NCBI RefSeq assembly: GCF_006345805.1
Contig: NC_042998.1
Coordinates: 65,038,001-65,102,000, forward strand
Reading direction: 5' to 3'
DNA: 64,000 bases
DNA from: Octopus sinensis
Taxonomy: Eukaryota
Part shown: positions 38,131 to 51,815 of the stretch, piece by piece
Layout of the letters: each line of letters opens with the position of its first letter
How positions within the stretch are numbered: the first letter of the stretch is position 1
Translations under genes and position numbers: made by a program
The notes under the pieces: model-generated
Seen by the model: the letters and a program-made list of their open reading frames with translations, nothing else
The model's database searches: none
Told to the model about the DNA's origin: nothing

Positions 38131-40858
38131 GGGCACTTTAAAAAATTATATCACGGTATTTTTTCACCCTTAATTATTCCTCTTGACGCTTTTTGATTCA
38201 AACAGCTTGAAAATCGTATTTTCATTTTAAGCAAATATCGATTAATCCGGGTTTTTTTTTGCCAAGACAGCGCTAAATGTTGCGTGACAAGTATGGGCCC
38301 TGAACGAACTTCTAATTATAATTCAAAAATTCTTGCATACCTAAGAATAGAAATATCGTATAATCTTCTCTACAGTGCTGAGACCTGAATATTAAAACGC
38401 ATCAAGATCGCCCTGATGCACATTCCATTGATCACTGCACTTGTTGCTCAGATATTTAGATTTTTACAGTCAAATTTATCGTACCTAAAAGTGATATTTA
38501 GCATATCTTACATTTAAGAGACTTTTCCACCCTAATAGCTGATAAAATCATTCTGATCTGATATTTTCTGTATTCTGGCAAAGATATTTGTATGATAGAG
38601 GTATGTGTGCGTGCTAATGAAATTCCCATGCTACAGTTTTATAACAGCTTGATGTTAGCCACAGGAATAAGTCACCGGCTACTAATTTTGATTCCTGGAA
38701 GCCAATTTGTACCAATATCAATTAAACCTCCTTCCTCTCATACTTAAAATCGTTCCACTTTTTCTGCTTATCTAAATTGTTTTCTGAGTTTGCATAATTT
38801 TTGAGGTCGCTAAAATATCATATATAGTTTATAAGTCAAAAGTCATTTTACTGTCTTTGTTATCAAAATAACTTTGACATAACCTCAAACTATGAGTACT
38901 CTCATAAAATACGATGTAATAAAGACACCTATCTGCTGGTAGCGATGTGAAATGTGAAAAGGCGATGTTTTCAATAAATAAAGAGGCGTTCAAATAAAAA
39001 TGGAAATGTACTTCTGAGTATAAGATATAAGTGGTTATTCAAGATTAATACCAATTCGATCGAAGTCTCATGATATTTATATTTTTATGCACAGTTTTCA
39101 TTCGCCTGCTTAAAATAATACATGTCACAATGGAGTAAATCTACTTTCATATATAAGATAATACAACATGATACGTAATTTTTTATTCCGTTCTAAAGTT
39201 TTGAAATATGACATTTCAATAATTCAGGTTTGTTTTTAGAAATTTGTAATCATAATAGATCTTTTATTGGTATTATATTTTTCTGACTTCATTATCATTG
39301 CAGTAATATATACATATATGAGAAAGCTGTAAATAACATTCCAGAAACTACAGATAGGGCCATTATATGTACTTGATAATAAGTTTTCTTGTCATATTCG
39401 TAAGATTTAATGATCGTTTTACTATTAATAATTTGCTGGTAATTTCTTTTTTTTTTTTGTCATAAAGGAAACAATTTTGAAAATTTACAATTATCAATAA
39501 AAATATATATATCTCGACACTTAAGAAACAATGACATAGATCTATTTACCGAAAATGTCGCAGTTTTCGATTCTTTGACAGAATAAGCCTACAAATACAC
39601 TTTTATAGCTAGACATATTTATGGGTGTCTATATGTATACTTGTACGTGTATTTGTTTATTGTGCGTGAATGTATGTTCATATAATGATGAAATTTACCT
39701 TTCTTTGTATTATAATTATATGTTTGTTATATTATACGTAATATAGTTATATCAGTGTGTGTATAGAATTATGTATCTATAAATTTATACCATGTAAGAT
39801 ATACACACACATAAACATACATATATATATAAACACAAACACACACACATATATGAATTAAGTGAGTTAAATACGCAAACAACGAAAGAAAAAATGGAAA
39901 ACAGGACAGGTAACAAACAACGACAGTTCATGAGTAGTCGGGTGTCTTTCTACTCCCTATTTTGAGCATTCATCGAAAATATGAGTCTTCAAAAACAGTT
40001 GCTCCCATAAATACCAACATAACATTTTGGATTTATGCAGAGTCGATGTTGGGACAAAAACAGACAGTGGAGACATACAAGGAAACCGAACAAAAATAAA
40101 TATGGAGGGTCGGTAGACCACAAGAAGCGGAAAATAGCAAACGCTGGAAGAAATATTTTCTTTGAAAAGAAAAAAAATATAGAAAAGCGAGATAGAAGAT
40201 ATCGAATCCTTAGGACGTCGCGGAAGGAAAGAAAGATGGTCATGTGAAGAAATGAAAGATGGACGAAGGCCATGTGTGATAAATGAGAGAGAAAGAGAAA
40301 GAGGGGAGAGAAAGAGACAGATAGAAAACGGTGAAGAGTAGAAAAAGTATATTAGAGAAGGATGGGTAGAAACAAGTAGAGAGTAGAGATCCATTTCGAG
40401 GTAACATTATCATAAACTTTTTGATGCGAGTAAAGCATTTATCAGGATTCGAATAATGAAACTCAAACAGTTACGTTGTGAAAAAGTTAGATTTCGTCAT
40501 TTGAAGAATCTTGTTACAAATATATAAGTATATTTTCTTAGTAAAAGCGACCGCTACTAAATTTTAAAATAATTCAACAACAATCCAAATGTAAGCTAGG
40601 AACCCCGATTCAGCTGAACTGGCGCACTGTTTCATAAGGAATAGAGAATACACTGTCAATTAGTTGAAAAGAATATAGTCATATATATAAATCTGCGGTT
40701 ATCAAAAAATGGTCATACAAAGAGGGCAATATTATTGACACAAGTGGAAGGAAAAATGGAAAAAATGACAACCCAGACAGATGATGTTGCCGGATAATAG
40801 AGTAAGCAAATCTCCACCAAAGTGAAGAAGCTATCAGTGGGTGGAGTTTACTGCCTTA

Positions 40859-40935
<77 letters not shown>

Positions 40936-40946
40936 TATATATATAT

Positions 40947-41570
40947 AATTAAAAATGAGGGTGTCTGAGAGACACCAACATGCCGAAATAGCAGTCGAAA
41001 TTCTGACTATAAAAACCACGTTAAGTGTTCATATCGTACCATGAGATAAGACAGAGGGACAAAATATACAAGCAAAAGTTATTGAATAATTCAAGATCCA
41101 GGATCTCTGGTTTTGCTTTAAATAAGCTTTACCGTCATCAATTGAATATATCAAGGGTAGATAAATACAGATATATATATATGCAGAACAAACGATATAC
41201 TTACATATACGAACGTCCATACATACATACATATGTACGTATGCACACGGCCAGTTAAATTGCCCGCCAAAATACCCCATAAGCACGATATGGTTAAAAT
41301 AAACACCGCAGTGAATATAATAACGAATTGTATAAATTTATATATACGGATAATATCGATATTTAAGTATCAATATTATCAAGTGGCCAGCATGGAAAAA
41401 ATACCGTACAAAGGTAATAATTTTTAACAATTAAAAATGAGGGTGTCTGAGAGACACCAACATGCCGTAATAGCAGTCGAAATTCTGACTATAAAAACCA
41501 CGTTAAGTGTTCATATCGTACCATGAGATAAGACAGAGGGACAAAATATACAAGCAAAAGTTATTGAATA
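40947..41570. repeat. 142-bp direct repeat (40947-41088 and 41429-41570, 1 mismatch)
   Basis: AATTAAAAATGAGGGTGTCTGAGAGACACC...AAAAGTTATTGAATA in both copies; GCCGAAATAG vs GCCGTAATAG. Confidence 0.95.
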
Positions 41571-42069
41571 TATATATATATACATCTAATGTAGGATAAA
41601 ACTTTTTCGAAAACAATTTTATGAATGGCCAGCATATTAAAAAATATCTTTAATGGTTAAATTCATAAATAACTTATAAAATAAGGGAAAAAGAACAGTT
41701 GTAATGCCAACTATGTCGCAAATAGACAAAATTGTCTATCACCATTATAATTTATGCGTCTCGAATCAAGCCGATACAAATTTCTAAAAAATTCCGTCAT
41801 TACCGTATTGGTCCTAATTTCAGAGTTATTTCATAAGAATGTTCTCCTCCTCAAGGATAAGACATAAATGAAATACTTAAGACATAAATGAAAGACATAA
41901 ATACGTAAGACATAAATGAAATACTTAGTCATACCCATGGAAAAAGCAAGCACTAACTCATGAGTAGAACTAAATAACCCAAATACATCCAAAATAGAAA
42001 ATCTTCAGCACATCTCGAGACACGTGTGATTCGAACTAGAAACTTTCACAGAGTGAGAGAGTCCGGAAG

Positions 42070-42182
42070 TGAACACTATTAAATTTACATCTAATGTAGG
42101 ATAAAACTTTTTCGAAAAAAAAAATTATCAATTTTTTCGAAAAAGTTTTATCCTACATTAGATGTAAATTTAATAGTGTTCA
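42070..42182. repeat. Perfect inverted repeat, 51-bp arms, 11-nt spacer
   Basis: TGAACACTATTAAATTTACATCTAATGTAGGATAAAACTTTTTCGAAAAAA and its exact reverse complement at 42132-42182; partial third copy at 41581-41613. Confidence 0.95.
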
Positions 42183-42274
42183 TCATTCCAGTTTTCTCCC
42201 CCTCTGTACGGCCATATCATGAATACTGCTGCTCCCTGTTGTCTCTCTATACAAAACAAAAATCTTGAAAATTG

Positions 42275-42745
42275 AATCACCCCAGAGGGCAATCATTAAA
42301 CGAATTAAGGGCATGACATCTCGATTACTGTGACCGCCTTAAAGCCTTGAAACTCTACTCTCTCCAGCGCCGCCGCGATCGGTACATCATTTAAACGATG
42401 TGGAGAATATACCGCCAGCATTGCCCAAACGACCTGAGAATTAGCCGCAAGGTACAGCGAAGGCTGGTACCAGGGGCCATACGTTGCCTGCCCAATTCAG
42501 AATCACAATATATAGCTACATTGCGACACAATTTCTTTTGCCCAACATGCCCTAACCTATTTAATATTGTCCCAAAACTGATCAAAGAGGAAAAGGATCA
42601 CATCATCTTTAAACAGAATCCAGACGCATTTCTTCATGGAATACCAGATAAGCCACATATACCTGGATACAGTTTACTCAACAAGAACTCACTACTTGAA
42701 TGGACCATGATACCACGATACTTGATTTTAATAGGATTTAAATGA
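42275..42745 (+). mobile_element. CR1-like LINE 3' fragment
   Basis: QRAIIKRIKGM..DRLKALKLYSLQRRRDRYII, PNLFNIVPK, DAFLHGIPDKP. Confidence 0.82.
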
Positions 42746-42820
42746 TCCTATTAGGCGGTGCTATTAAGCTAGACTTGGCCTGGACCAATATTTGGTCGAA
42801 ACTGGTTAAAGCTTATCATA

Positions 42821-42899
<79 letters not shown>

Positions 42900-44045
42900 T
42901 GTATGTATGCATATATGCATGTATGTATGTATGTTAAGATGTGTGCGAGCAATGCGAAAAGTAATGTAGTTTTTGTTTTATGTAAAGAATGATACCACTT
43001 TACAACCTAGGGAATCAGCAATAGAGTATGCACATTAATATTTATCAAATGATAAACAGAAAATAAAATAATTTTCGTTATTAAATTCCACATAGAATTT
43101 TATACACTAACATCCGACCTCAGTTAAGTGTGACAAAGTGATTTAAAAGTAGCATAAATGTCAAATGTACATTTCCTGCAAAGGTATTTCATATGTTCTG
43201 CGATAAATTTTAACATTTATTTTGGTGACACAAAGCAAATTCATCTCCTGATCATTGGTTGGTATGAAGACATATAGCAATGTGAATGTCTCAACAACAC
43301 TATAAGTACACTTCCCAAACTCACACGCGTACGCACACAACCACACATATATAAGCATATATATGCATTCATATATATACATAAATATTTGTATACATAT
43401 AATTTCACACATAATATATATATGTATTGCACTGATCGTAATGGTAAGATCTAGAAGTGGAAGTTGATAAGCATTATTTCATAAACACAATTTACGTTTC
43501 TATGTGCCACTATTAGTTTCGAGTGCCGAGAGCAAGCTAGACAGTATTTTTTAATACTGTGGTGTACTAGCAAAATCAGGCACTGCCCACAGCACAACTC
43601 ACTAAAACATGTTTAATCCGTTATGGCATGTGGATGCTGTCTGACATGCTGCTGGCACATGATACTAATAGTAGCACATAAAAAGAAGCATCTACTGTGA
43701 CGAATAAATAATACATATGTATCTTATAAACACTAAATTAATGCTCAAATGAAGGATGGGCATGGAAACAGCTTAAGAAATCAGGCAAATACCCTCTAGC
43801 AGACGGAAAAATATGGCTCGGCTACTCTTCCTCCGTCTACTGAATAATTTCACCCGATTTCCTAAGCTGTCTCAACATCAATCCTGCATTTGTGAATCCC
43901 TGTTTATCTTGTACAACACCGATAAAACACTTTGTAAAACACAGGGAATTCACAGAGAAACGCTTCAAAACAGCCGCCCAATTGGTACTTAAAGAAAACA
44001 CATTCACATTTAACAGGACATACCGACATTTAAAGGGCACAACTA

Positions 44046-45319
44046 CGAGGGGCGTCCAATAAGTAATGCCCCTGGCCTACTTCCCATAGCAGTAGAGCAA
44101 CGAAACTTGGCACAGTTATTAGTCTTTTTCTACATAGGAGCCACCCAGAGTTACGCATTTCTCCCATCGTTTGATGCATCTCTGAAGACCATTTTTGTAG
44201 AAGACCCCATCTTGGTCCTCCAACCACGACGTGACTTCAGAAATCAAGGCTGCATCATCTGGGAAACGCTTTCCTTGCAAAAACAACTTCATGGCAGAGA
44301 AGAGATGAAAATCAGAGGGTGCAAGGTCAGGAGAGTAGGGGGAATGGGGGATGAGTTCATAGCCGCACGCTTGTGCTTCTGATCTGGCGACACGCGAGTT
44401 GTGGATCGGAGCGTTGTCCTGCAGGAGGAGGATGCCTTTGCTGATTTTGATAGCTTCTCTTAATTTCCTCAAAAGTGAAGCATAATAGACTCCTGTAATT
44501 GTGACACCATTCGCCAGGAAATCTGTCATCACTACTCCGTCCTGGTCCCAGAAGACTGTGAGCCTGACCTTGTCAGCGGAGGGCTGCACCCTTGCCTTCT
44601 TTGGAGGAGGTGAGTCACGGTGCTTCCACTGCATTGACTGGGCTTTGGACTCTGGATCATAGTGATGGACCCAGGTTTTATCCTGTGTAATCAGTCTTTT
44701 GAAAAATTTTGACGCATCTTCTTGGCACATCTCCAAATTCCTCCTCGAGCACTCGACACGTTCTTGCTTCTGGAAAGGTGTGAGCAACCTGGGAATCCAC
44801 CTGGCAGACACCTTTTTCATATGAAAATGGTCATGAATGATAGTTTCCACAGACCCGGTACTAATCTTGACCTAATGGGCTATTTGGCAAATAGTTATGC
44901 GTCGATCTTCCAAAATGACAGCCTCAACTTGACGGACAGATGCCTCATCAATGGCAGAAGGGGGCGATAAGATCTGGGAGCTGTTTCCACAGAGTTCCGA
45001 CCATGTTTGAATTCACGATGCCAGCGTTTTACAAGGTCATATGATGGGGCATCATCACCATAAGTTACTTTCATTTCATCAAAAGTTTCCTGTGGTGTGC
45101 GTCCTTTCAAATACAAAAACCGAATCACTGCTCGACACTCAACAGGCTTCATTTCACACTTGACTCAGTTCAAACACCCGTAAATCAGAAATCACAATTA
45201 GTTCAGAGCTGTAATTTGCCACTTCATTCATAGAGATATAAATAATTGCACATGCAAAATTTTAGCTAGATCAAACAAATGCAAGTGGGTCAGGGGCATT
45301 ACTTATTGAACGCCCCTCG
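44046..45319 (-). mobile_element. Full-length mariner transposon (1274 bp) with TIRs and TA TSD
   Basis: TIRs CGAGGGGCGTCCAATAAGTAATGCCCCTG / CAGGGGCATTACTTATTGAACGCCCCTCG (1 mismatch); TA at 44044-44045 and 45320-45321. Confidence 0.96.
44119..45152 (-). pseudogene. Mariner DD34D transposase with one frameshift (about 44962) and one in-frame TAG (44872-44874)
   Basis: MKPVECRAVIRFLYLKG.., WIPRLLT, ITQDKTWVHHYDP, LLQDNAPIH, HSPYSPDLAPSDFHLF. Confidence 0.93.
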
Positions 45320-48300
45320 TATATTGGTACGAAATGTGCACTTCCATATGCCAACCTGGTTATGGTTTTCCTTGAGAACAAACTATACGAGGAAATAGGG
45401 AAAATCTTCGAAAACGACTCCAGAGAAGGCATCAAGAAAAAAAGGGAAACGCTTCCTCGATGACCGTTTCATCTTTTGGAACAGATCAGAAGATCTATGA
45501 ACATTCCACAACTGCACCCATCTATCAAATTCACGACAGATACCAGCTATAACGAACTTCCCTTCCTAGACATCAATATCAATATACACAACTGCATCGT
45601 CAAAATAGAAATTTACTACAAAAACGGACACAAGATGTAAATTTCTACTCCTGCTCCCTATCCCACATAAAAAGGAACATTCCATATAGTACGGCAAGAT
45701 GCATATGTAGCATAGTGGCCGACTCACAAACACGCCAAAGAAGACTTAAAGAACTTAAAATGTCCCTACTAGAAAAGAGATATCCATTCAAATTTATATT
45801 AAAAAAACCGTATCTCAAGAGCAATGAAACTGGACATCACACAACTCAGAACTCCAACAAAGAAAAGCAAAGAAAATATCATCCCCTTCATAAACAAACA
45901 CAACCCTGGAGGTAGCAACATGTTTTAAATTATACAATCAAACTTACCAATAGTCCTACAAAACCCCAAAATGGAAACCTATTAAACAAATACTGCATAA
46001 GAAACAGTAAACGCCTAGAGAAAAATCTGAATAAACAACTGACAAGAGCAAAATTCTCATCAGAGAATGAAAGCGAATTAAGAGTGAAAGAATGTGGAGA
46101 TAGCAGAAGTGGAATCTGCAGCAACATCATCTACAAATATATAGAGGAAAACGACCAAATAAAATTTAAGAATGGACACATATTCAAAGCAAATGCAAAC
46201 ATAAATTTCAAGACGCAAAACTTAATATACAGCATAACCTGTCCCACATCGAAGGAGGACTATATAGGTGAAACTGGCAATACTTTATGCCAACAAGCCA
46301 AAATTCCCCGACATCATATCTGACGGGGAGGGTTACAGAAAATTACACTAAGTAAATACTTAGAAACATATTGAGGAGCAAGGTTCAATATCTTTCCCTT
46401 CTACAAATACCCAAGGAATGACACCTTCTTCAGAAAAAATAGAGAACAACTCTCTTCATAGCAAACTTTCCCCCTAAACTGAATGGCTGAAAATATGAAT
46501 ATCACATCAACTTCTTTATAAACCCATCTGGAACCCTAAGATATATGCATGTGTGTGTGTGTGTGTGTGTATACATAAATAGAAACATTTTTGCATCAAT
46601 ATTTCCCAATCCATACCAGCATGGGAATCAAGCATTGGACAATGATAATGCTATGATCATAATAAGCCCAGGTAATTATTTAAAAAAAAAAAATTCCATT
46701 ATTCCTCATCAAAAGAGATCCCCCTTAGAGTTACCACCTGGTCTTGCCATTTTTACAGACCAAGAATCAACTTGTCATATTCTACTGAAAGAATTGACCA
46801 CCTGTATAGATATAAACACACTTTTCTTCTTTTTCTTTCTTTCTTTCTTCCTTTCTTTCCTTCTCTTTTCCACTGACATTCAGAAGAATACACATTTTTT
46901 CACTTTGAAAACATTTTTTTTCTTTCAGACCCCCTGGTGAGCCGGCTGAACCAAAGTAAGCAACCGTTTTAGCCACCTGCTTAAAGCAATATATTCTTTT
47001 CCTTTTCTCTTTGTCTTTTGTTCAAGTCTCTTCCTTTCAGATACACAGGGACACACACACACATACGTGTACACACACACACAAACACAAGCACTCTCTC
47101 TCACTTTCTCACCCACTATTTCCCCATTCCTATCCCTCTTTTCCTACCCTATACACTCCACATTACTCTTTTCCCCCTCTCTGTCCCCACCCAACCCATT
47201 CAGTAATATTATAAAAAGAGACAAATCACTTCACAAAATTTAAATCTAAAGAAATAAATCTATTAGAATAGATGAAAGCGCTTATATGTGATTTATAAAA
47301 ACATGTGACATGTTCATAAATATGTGTTTATGTACAACCATGCAAATCTCTGAATACCTTATTTTTTGTAATATATAATATCTGTGCATCACCTCCAAAC
47401 CTTTTAAAATATATCTACATATACATAAAATCATATCTACATAACAAACCCACATGCATACATAACTTTGTAATATATGATAAAAAGCGTATCACCCGAT
47501 ATTGGATAAAAGATTCGGCGAATTAAATTGGAAGTTCAGCGTTCTTTTGTATTTCCTTGTTTCGTGGTTTAATAGCATAATGGCTTAGTAGCATTTTTAC
47601 AAAAACGGTCATGATGCCTTATGGTCTCGCTCTTTGTTATGATAATCGTAAGAAATTACAGCACTGTTCACATGTGCTGATGATGCTAAAACACAAATTA
47701 CGAAAACCATACATATTCCCATTAACAGTTCATGACTAAAAAAAAAGCGCTGCTCCGCTTGCCCAATCAGGCATCGTAATCACACAGTATACCGATTTCG
47801 TCATTGCTACGAGTGTTAAAAATATAAGATGGATCGATGCAATAAATAATGGAAAGCACTGAACTGAGAAAATATATTAGGATACTGTGTTTGTAGAACA
47901 AACACACAAACAATTGTGATGATCAATTTTTAACCGGATCACAAGAGATGAACTTTAGATGACAGAAAATATATATCAAAACAATTGTTTCGAGATATTT
48001 GTATTATGATTAAGAGTTATTAATACTTTGAAATAATTGGTTTGTACTGCGGATTTTCCTTTATTTTTTCATTGATTTCTGTGTAGCGTAAATCTCTCTA
48101 TATATATACAAATCGTGTAGGCCTAATTCAACTTTTGTAAGTACAACCTAAACTTATAGCGGTTTATGGTTCACTAACTCGTTTTTCCGCCATATCTCTT
48201 TCACAAAAGTTAATTCCTTCACTTCCTGCTATTCTCTTCAGGAAATCCTAAACGTTGCTTTACCATTTTCCTTAGTCTTTTCTTCATTGTCTTTTATTTT

Positions 48301-49015
48301 TATCTAAAGTTCACTAAATGAAATATATTCACCCTCGCCTCCTCAAAATTTTTCGCTGTGCTACTTTCGTGAACTGTGTCACACATCGTTTACATGATTT
48401 TTATACATTATTGATACCACCGTTACAAAAGCTTTCTTTCCTACTCTCTCTTTCCCTTTGTCTCTCTCTGTCTCTCTCTTTCAAACGCTCTCTCTATCTC
48501 ACTATCTCTTTCGTTCTACCTCTCTTTCACTCTTTCTTTCTCTTTTTTTCACTCACGATATATCTCTCTTGTTCACATCTTTTCTCTGTCATTCACTCTA
48601 TGTTTCTCATTAACTCTCCCCCTCCTCTCTCTCAATTTCTCTCCATCTTTCAATCGCTATTTGTCTCTCTGTTTTCGTCACTACACAATCACAAGCTTTT
48701 CGACTCTCTGCAATGAGTTTTGTTCCAGCCGTATCGACTGAAAAATAATGTCCGCAACAACTTCTTCCATATCGTAAAACATCTTCATCCTAAATTCCGT
48801 TATTTTCGTGGCAAAATGAAATTCATATAAATTCTTTCATCTAATTTCATATTCTAGGTTATCGTATGGAACGTATACTTATATAATATGCACAGAGTAG
48901 ATGTCTATGCAAGGAAATGGGGAAGTGGTCAAGAATTAGAAATTGAAGAGGTTAAATATATTACAGTGACGGCTATTTAATTCTCAATCCATATCTATAC
49001 ACATGTGCGTATATA

Positions 49016-49062
<47 letters not shown>

Positions 49063-49379
49063 GTATGTATGTGTATATATATATGTAATTTTAATTCGTC
49101 TTTTATTATGTCATTGTATGTTTTATTACCCCAAATTTTCAATTTAACAAATTTATACCAAACGTTTTACAAGTTTAAGCGTAAATTCAAGATGTTATAT
49201 ATGCAACATTGATTCTCTTATATATTTATTTTATATGATGTTTATATATTACTAAATTTTTAAAAGTCGGGCTTTATATCTGTTCTGTAGATATAAATGA
49301 ATATATGAATATATGTATGTGTTTGATATTTCTGTGGATTTTGTAATATTCCTTTAGTTACTGCTCGGATTTTAAAAAA

Positions 49380-49422
<43 letters not shown>

Positions 49423-49424
49423 AT

Positions 49425-49650
49425 ATGAAAAAACAAGTAAAAAATAGAAAATGCTAAAATAATTTTATAGTGAACATTTCAGTACCGGTTTCGGTCATTT
49501 TGAGACCTTTTCAACTGTAACGATTAAATAATTAAATTTAGAAAAATTAGAAGAAAAGTTTTCTTAAAAGAATATTTCTATGGTAGTGTTCAGATTTAAG
49601 TGGCATTCTGCCTTTCTCTGACTCCCTTGTTTGCACTTGTGTGTTCGAGG
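49425..49650 (-). mobile_element. Solo PLE pseudo-LTR fragment (second copy of 21770-21995)
   Basis: Roughly 85-90% similar by eye to 21770-21995; flanked by (AT)n on both sides. Confidence 0.8.
49480..49517 (-). ncRNA. Minimal type I hammerhead motif with U3:A8 core variant
   Basis: CAG-TTGAAAA-GGTC-tcaaaat-GACC-GAAA-CCGG-TA-CTG; GUA triplet, palindromic ACCGGT, stem I extendable (CGTT/AATG). Confidence 0.65.
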
Positions 49651-51000
49651 TAATATATATATATATATATTATATATATATATATACATGCATGCACATA
49701 CATATATATTTATATGCTTATAAATTTATATATATATACTTATACGTGTGTATATATATACATATATATACACAGATTCTTAACGTGAATTGGTGTGTTG
49801 GAAAATTCTATTGAACCTTGGGAAGGGCATAATGCCGGTAATAATAGATACTCGTAGTTGTTCGGTCGTTTATTGTTATATTTCCGTATTGTTCGTGTTA
49901 TCTCTTTTTTTTGTTAAATTATCATTTCATGTTATTGATGCAATCTCTTCACTTTCATGGCACTGTGCCTCCATTTTTTAAAACTTATGTGCCCTCGATG
50001 GGATATGTCCGAGAGGAAATGGAAGTAAAGTGATGTATCACTGAAAAGATTGCAATAATGCGATGCAACATTTATCTGTACAGAAAAGTTAGTGTTGATA
50101 AAATCTACCATCTCGTTCCAGGGATTATCAGCTGATAAGTGATAACTAAAAGATATTTCACAAATCTGAATCTCAAATGACCATCAATAACTTATGAAGT
50201 GTATTTCCATTCCCATGTGATGATATTACAAAGAAATTTGAGTGTGATTCACACCTGAATATAATATAACATAGATACGGTTATAAAACACTTTGCCTTA
50301 TTTTTGCGTAAAACGAACAGGAATTATACTGGCCTACACTAAAAACATTTATGTTAAGTATGTCGACGAGAAAATAAAAAGAGACCGTAATGTGATAACG
50401 GAAAGAAGAATATGCTCATTGTCCATTCTATTATTTACCAAATCATATGTAATATGATGATGAGAAAATATGTGTATTGTCTCAGTCTTACAATAATTCT
50501 ACTTGTCATTACGTTACTTAGTACGTTGTAACGTTTTCACGTGATTAGAGAAAAAGAGGGAGAAATAAAAAAAGATACGGTGAAGAGTGAGGCAGAAAGA
50601 GAGAGAAATAAAAAGACGGAGAGAGGAAAGAGGGAGAGAGGAGTATCGTGGCGTGAGGTAGGTGGAACATAATATTTATTAAATGGTTAAAAACGGTAGT
50701 GCAGGAAATTTTTAAACTTTAGCAGAGAGGTGATGTTCTGATTGTGAAATGAAAGAAAGTAAGAGAGAGAAAGGGAGAGAGAGATACAGAGAGAGATACA
50801 GACAGACAGACAGACAGACAGACAGAGGGGGAAAAGAGTGAGAAAGAAAGAAAGCGAGATATGATGATGACGGTGGTGGCGGCAGTGATGATGGTGCAGG
50901 TGATGATGGTGGAGGTAGTGATGGTTGGTGCATAGTGCAAAGTAATTTTCGTTCATAGAACATTTTTATAGCACCTATCAATAAGTGATATATCACTTAA

Positions 51001-51815
51001 CACTAGCTGACATATATCACCTATCACCTAACGCATGCGCATCTTAAACTTCCCATTCACTTTAGAAAGGAATGAGTTTCCCTTTCGACTGTCATATGTA
51101 ATGTTTACCAATAAATCACAAGGACAGGCATTTGATAAATTGGGGCTGTACTTGCCTGAATCGGTATTCGGCCATGTTCGGCTATATGTTGCATGCTCAA
51201 GGGATTTCAAATTATTTGTTGTGAGAGTTAAAGTTACCATCACAGAGAAACAAGAGAAAAGAATTGGGGGGATTTACACGAAGAACATAGTCTGCAAAGA
51301 AGTATTGGACTGAAAGGTGTGCGCAAATTGAAATGTGTATTGGCTCTGACCTAGTGCCTTGGCTTATAAGTTACCAATGTTGTTGTATTAAGAGTATGCT
51401 ATGTTTCATTAAATTTCTACCCCCGGGAAATTGTAAACCCTATATTTTGCATATAAAATACTTATTTTACTATAAAATGTTTGTTTTCTAGATATGAAAT
51501 TACGACTGTATAAAGTTTAAAATGTAATTTGTTTCTGTTTACGGGGGAAATGGAAAAAGAAGATTGAATATTTATTTTATGAGTGTAGTGTATTAAGACA
51601 ATAAAATTGTGATAGAGTATATAACGTATGTATATAAAGTGCATTAAGCCATCGTCGTAATCCAATTTCCTTAATTTTCAATGAATACCAGATGAGCGAC
51701 TATCATTTCATACAGACTGAACACAGGCTAGGCTTTCAATTTTTTAAATAAAGTTCTCAGGTATAATCCAATAGGTTTAATAATAATTCCGTGAATTGCT
51801 CACGGGTCCTGCTAG
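51001..51815 (+). mobile_element. Helitron 3' fragment: PIF1-like helicase C-terminus plus intact 3' terminus
   Basis: ORF 51035-51313 (FPFTLERNEFPFRLSYVMFTNKSQGQAFDKLGLYLPESVFGHVRLYVACSR...TKNIVCKEVL). Hairpin CCGTGA/TCACGG at 51789-51805, then CTAG (51812-51815) followed by T. Confidence 0.9.

Larger units (their letters stand above)
43860..46490 (+). mobile_element. Degenerate Penelope-like element (RT and GIY-YIG), interrupted by a mariner
   Basis: LVLKENTFTF..LKGT | GTKCALPYANLVM, KRFLDDRFIFW, HPSIKFT..ELPFLDI, RNIPYS.AR, NLIYSITCPTSKEDYIGETGNTL, FNIFPFYK; many stops and frameshifts. Confidence 0.85.

Noticed and set aside
46934-46960. CTGGTGAGCCGGCTGAACCAAAGTA downstream of the plus-strand PLE
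   Set aside because: Its position fits a pseudo-LTR hammerhead, but A6 is changed and the 3' half of stem II and GAAAC are missing; at most a remnant.
47672-47716. CTGATGA...GAAA with ATGTG/CATAT stem I
   Set aside because: Stem II is poor and stem III does not pair beyond one base; compatible with chance in AT-rich DNA.
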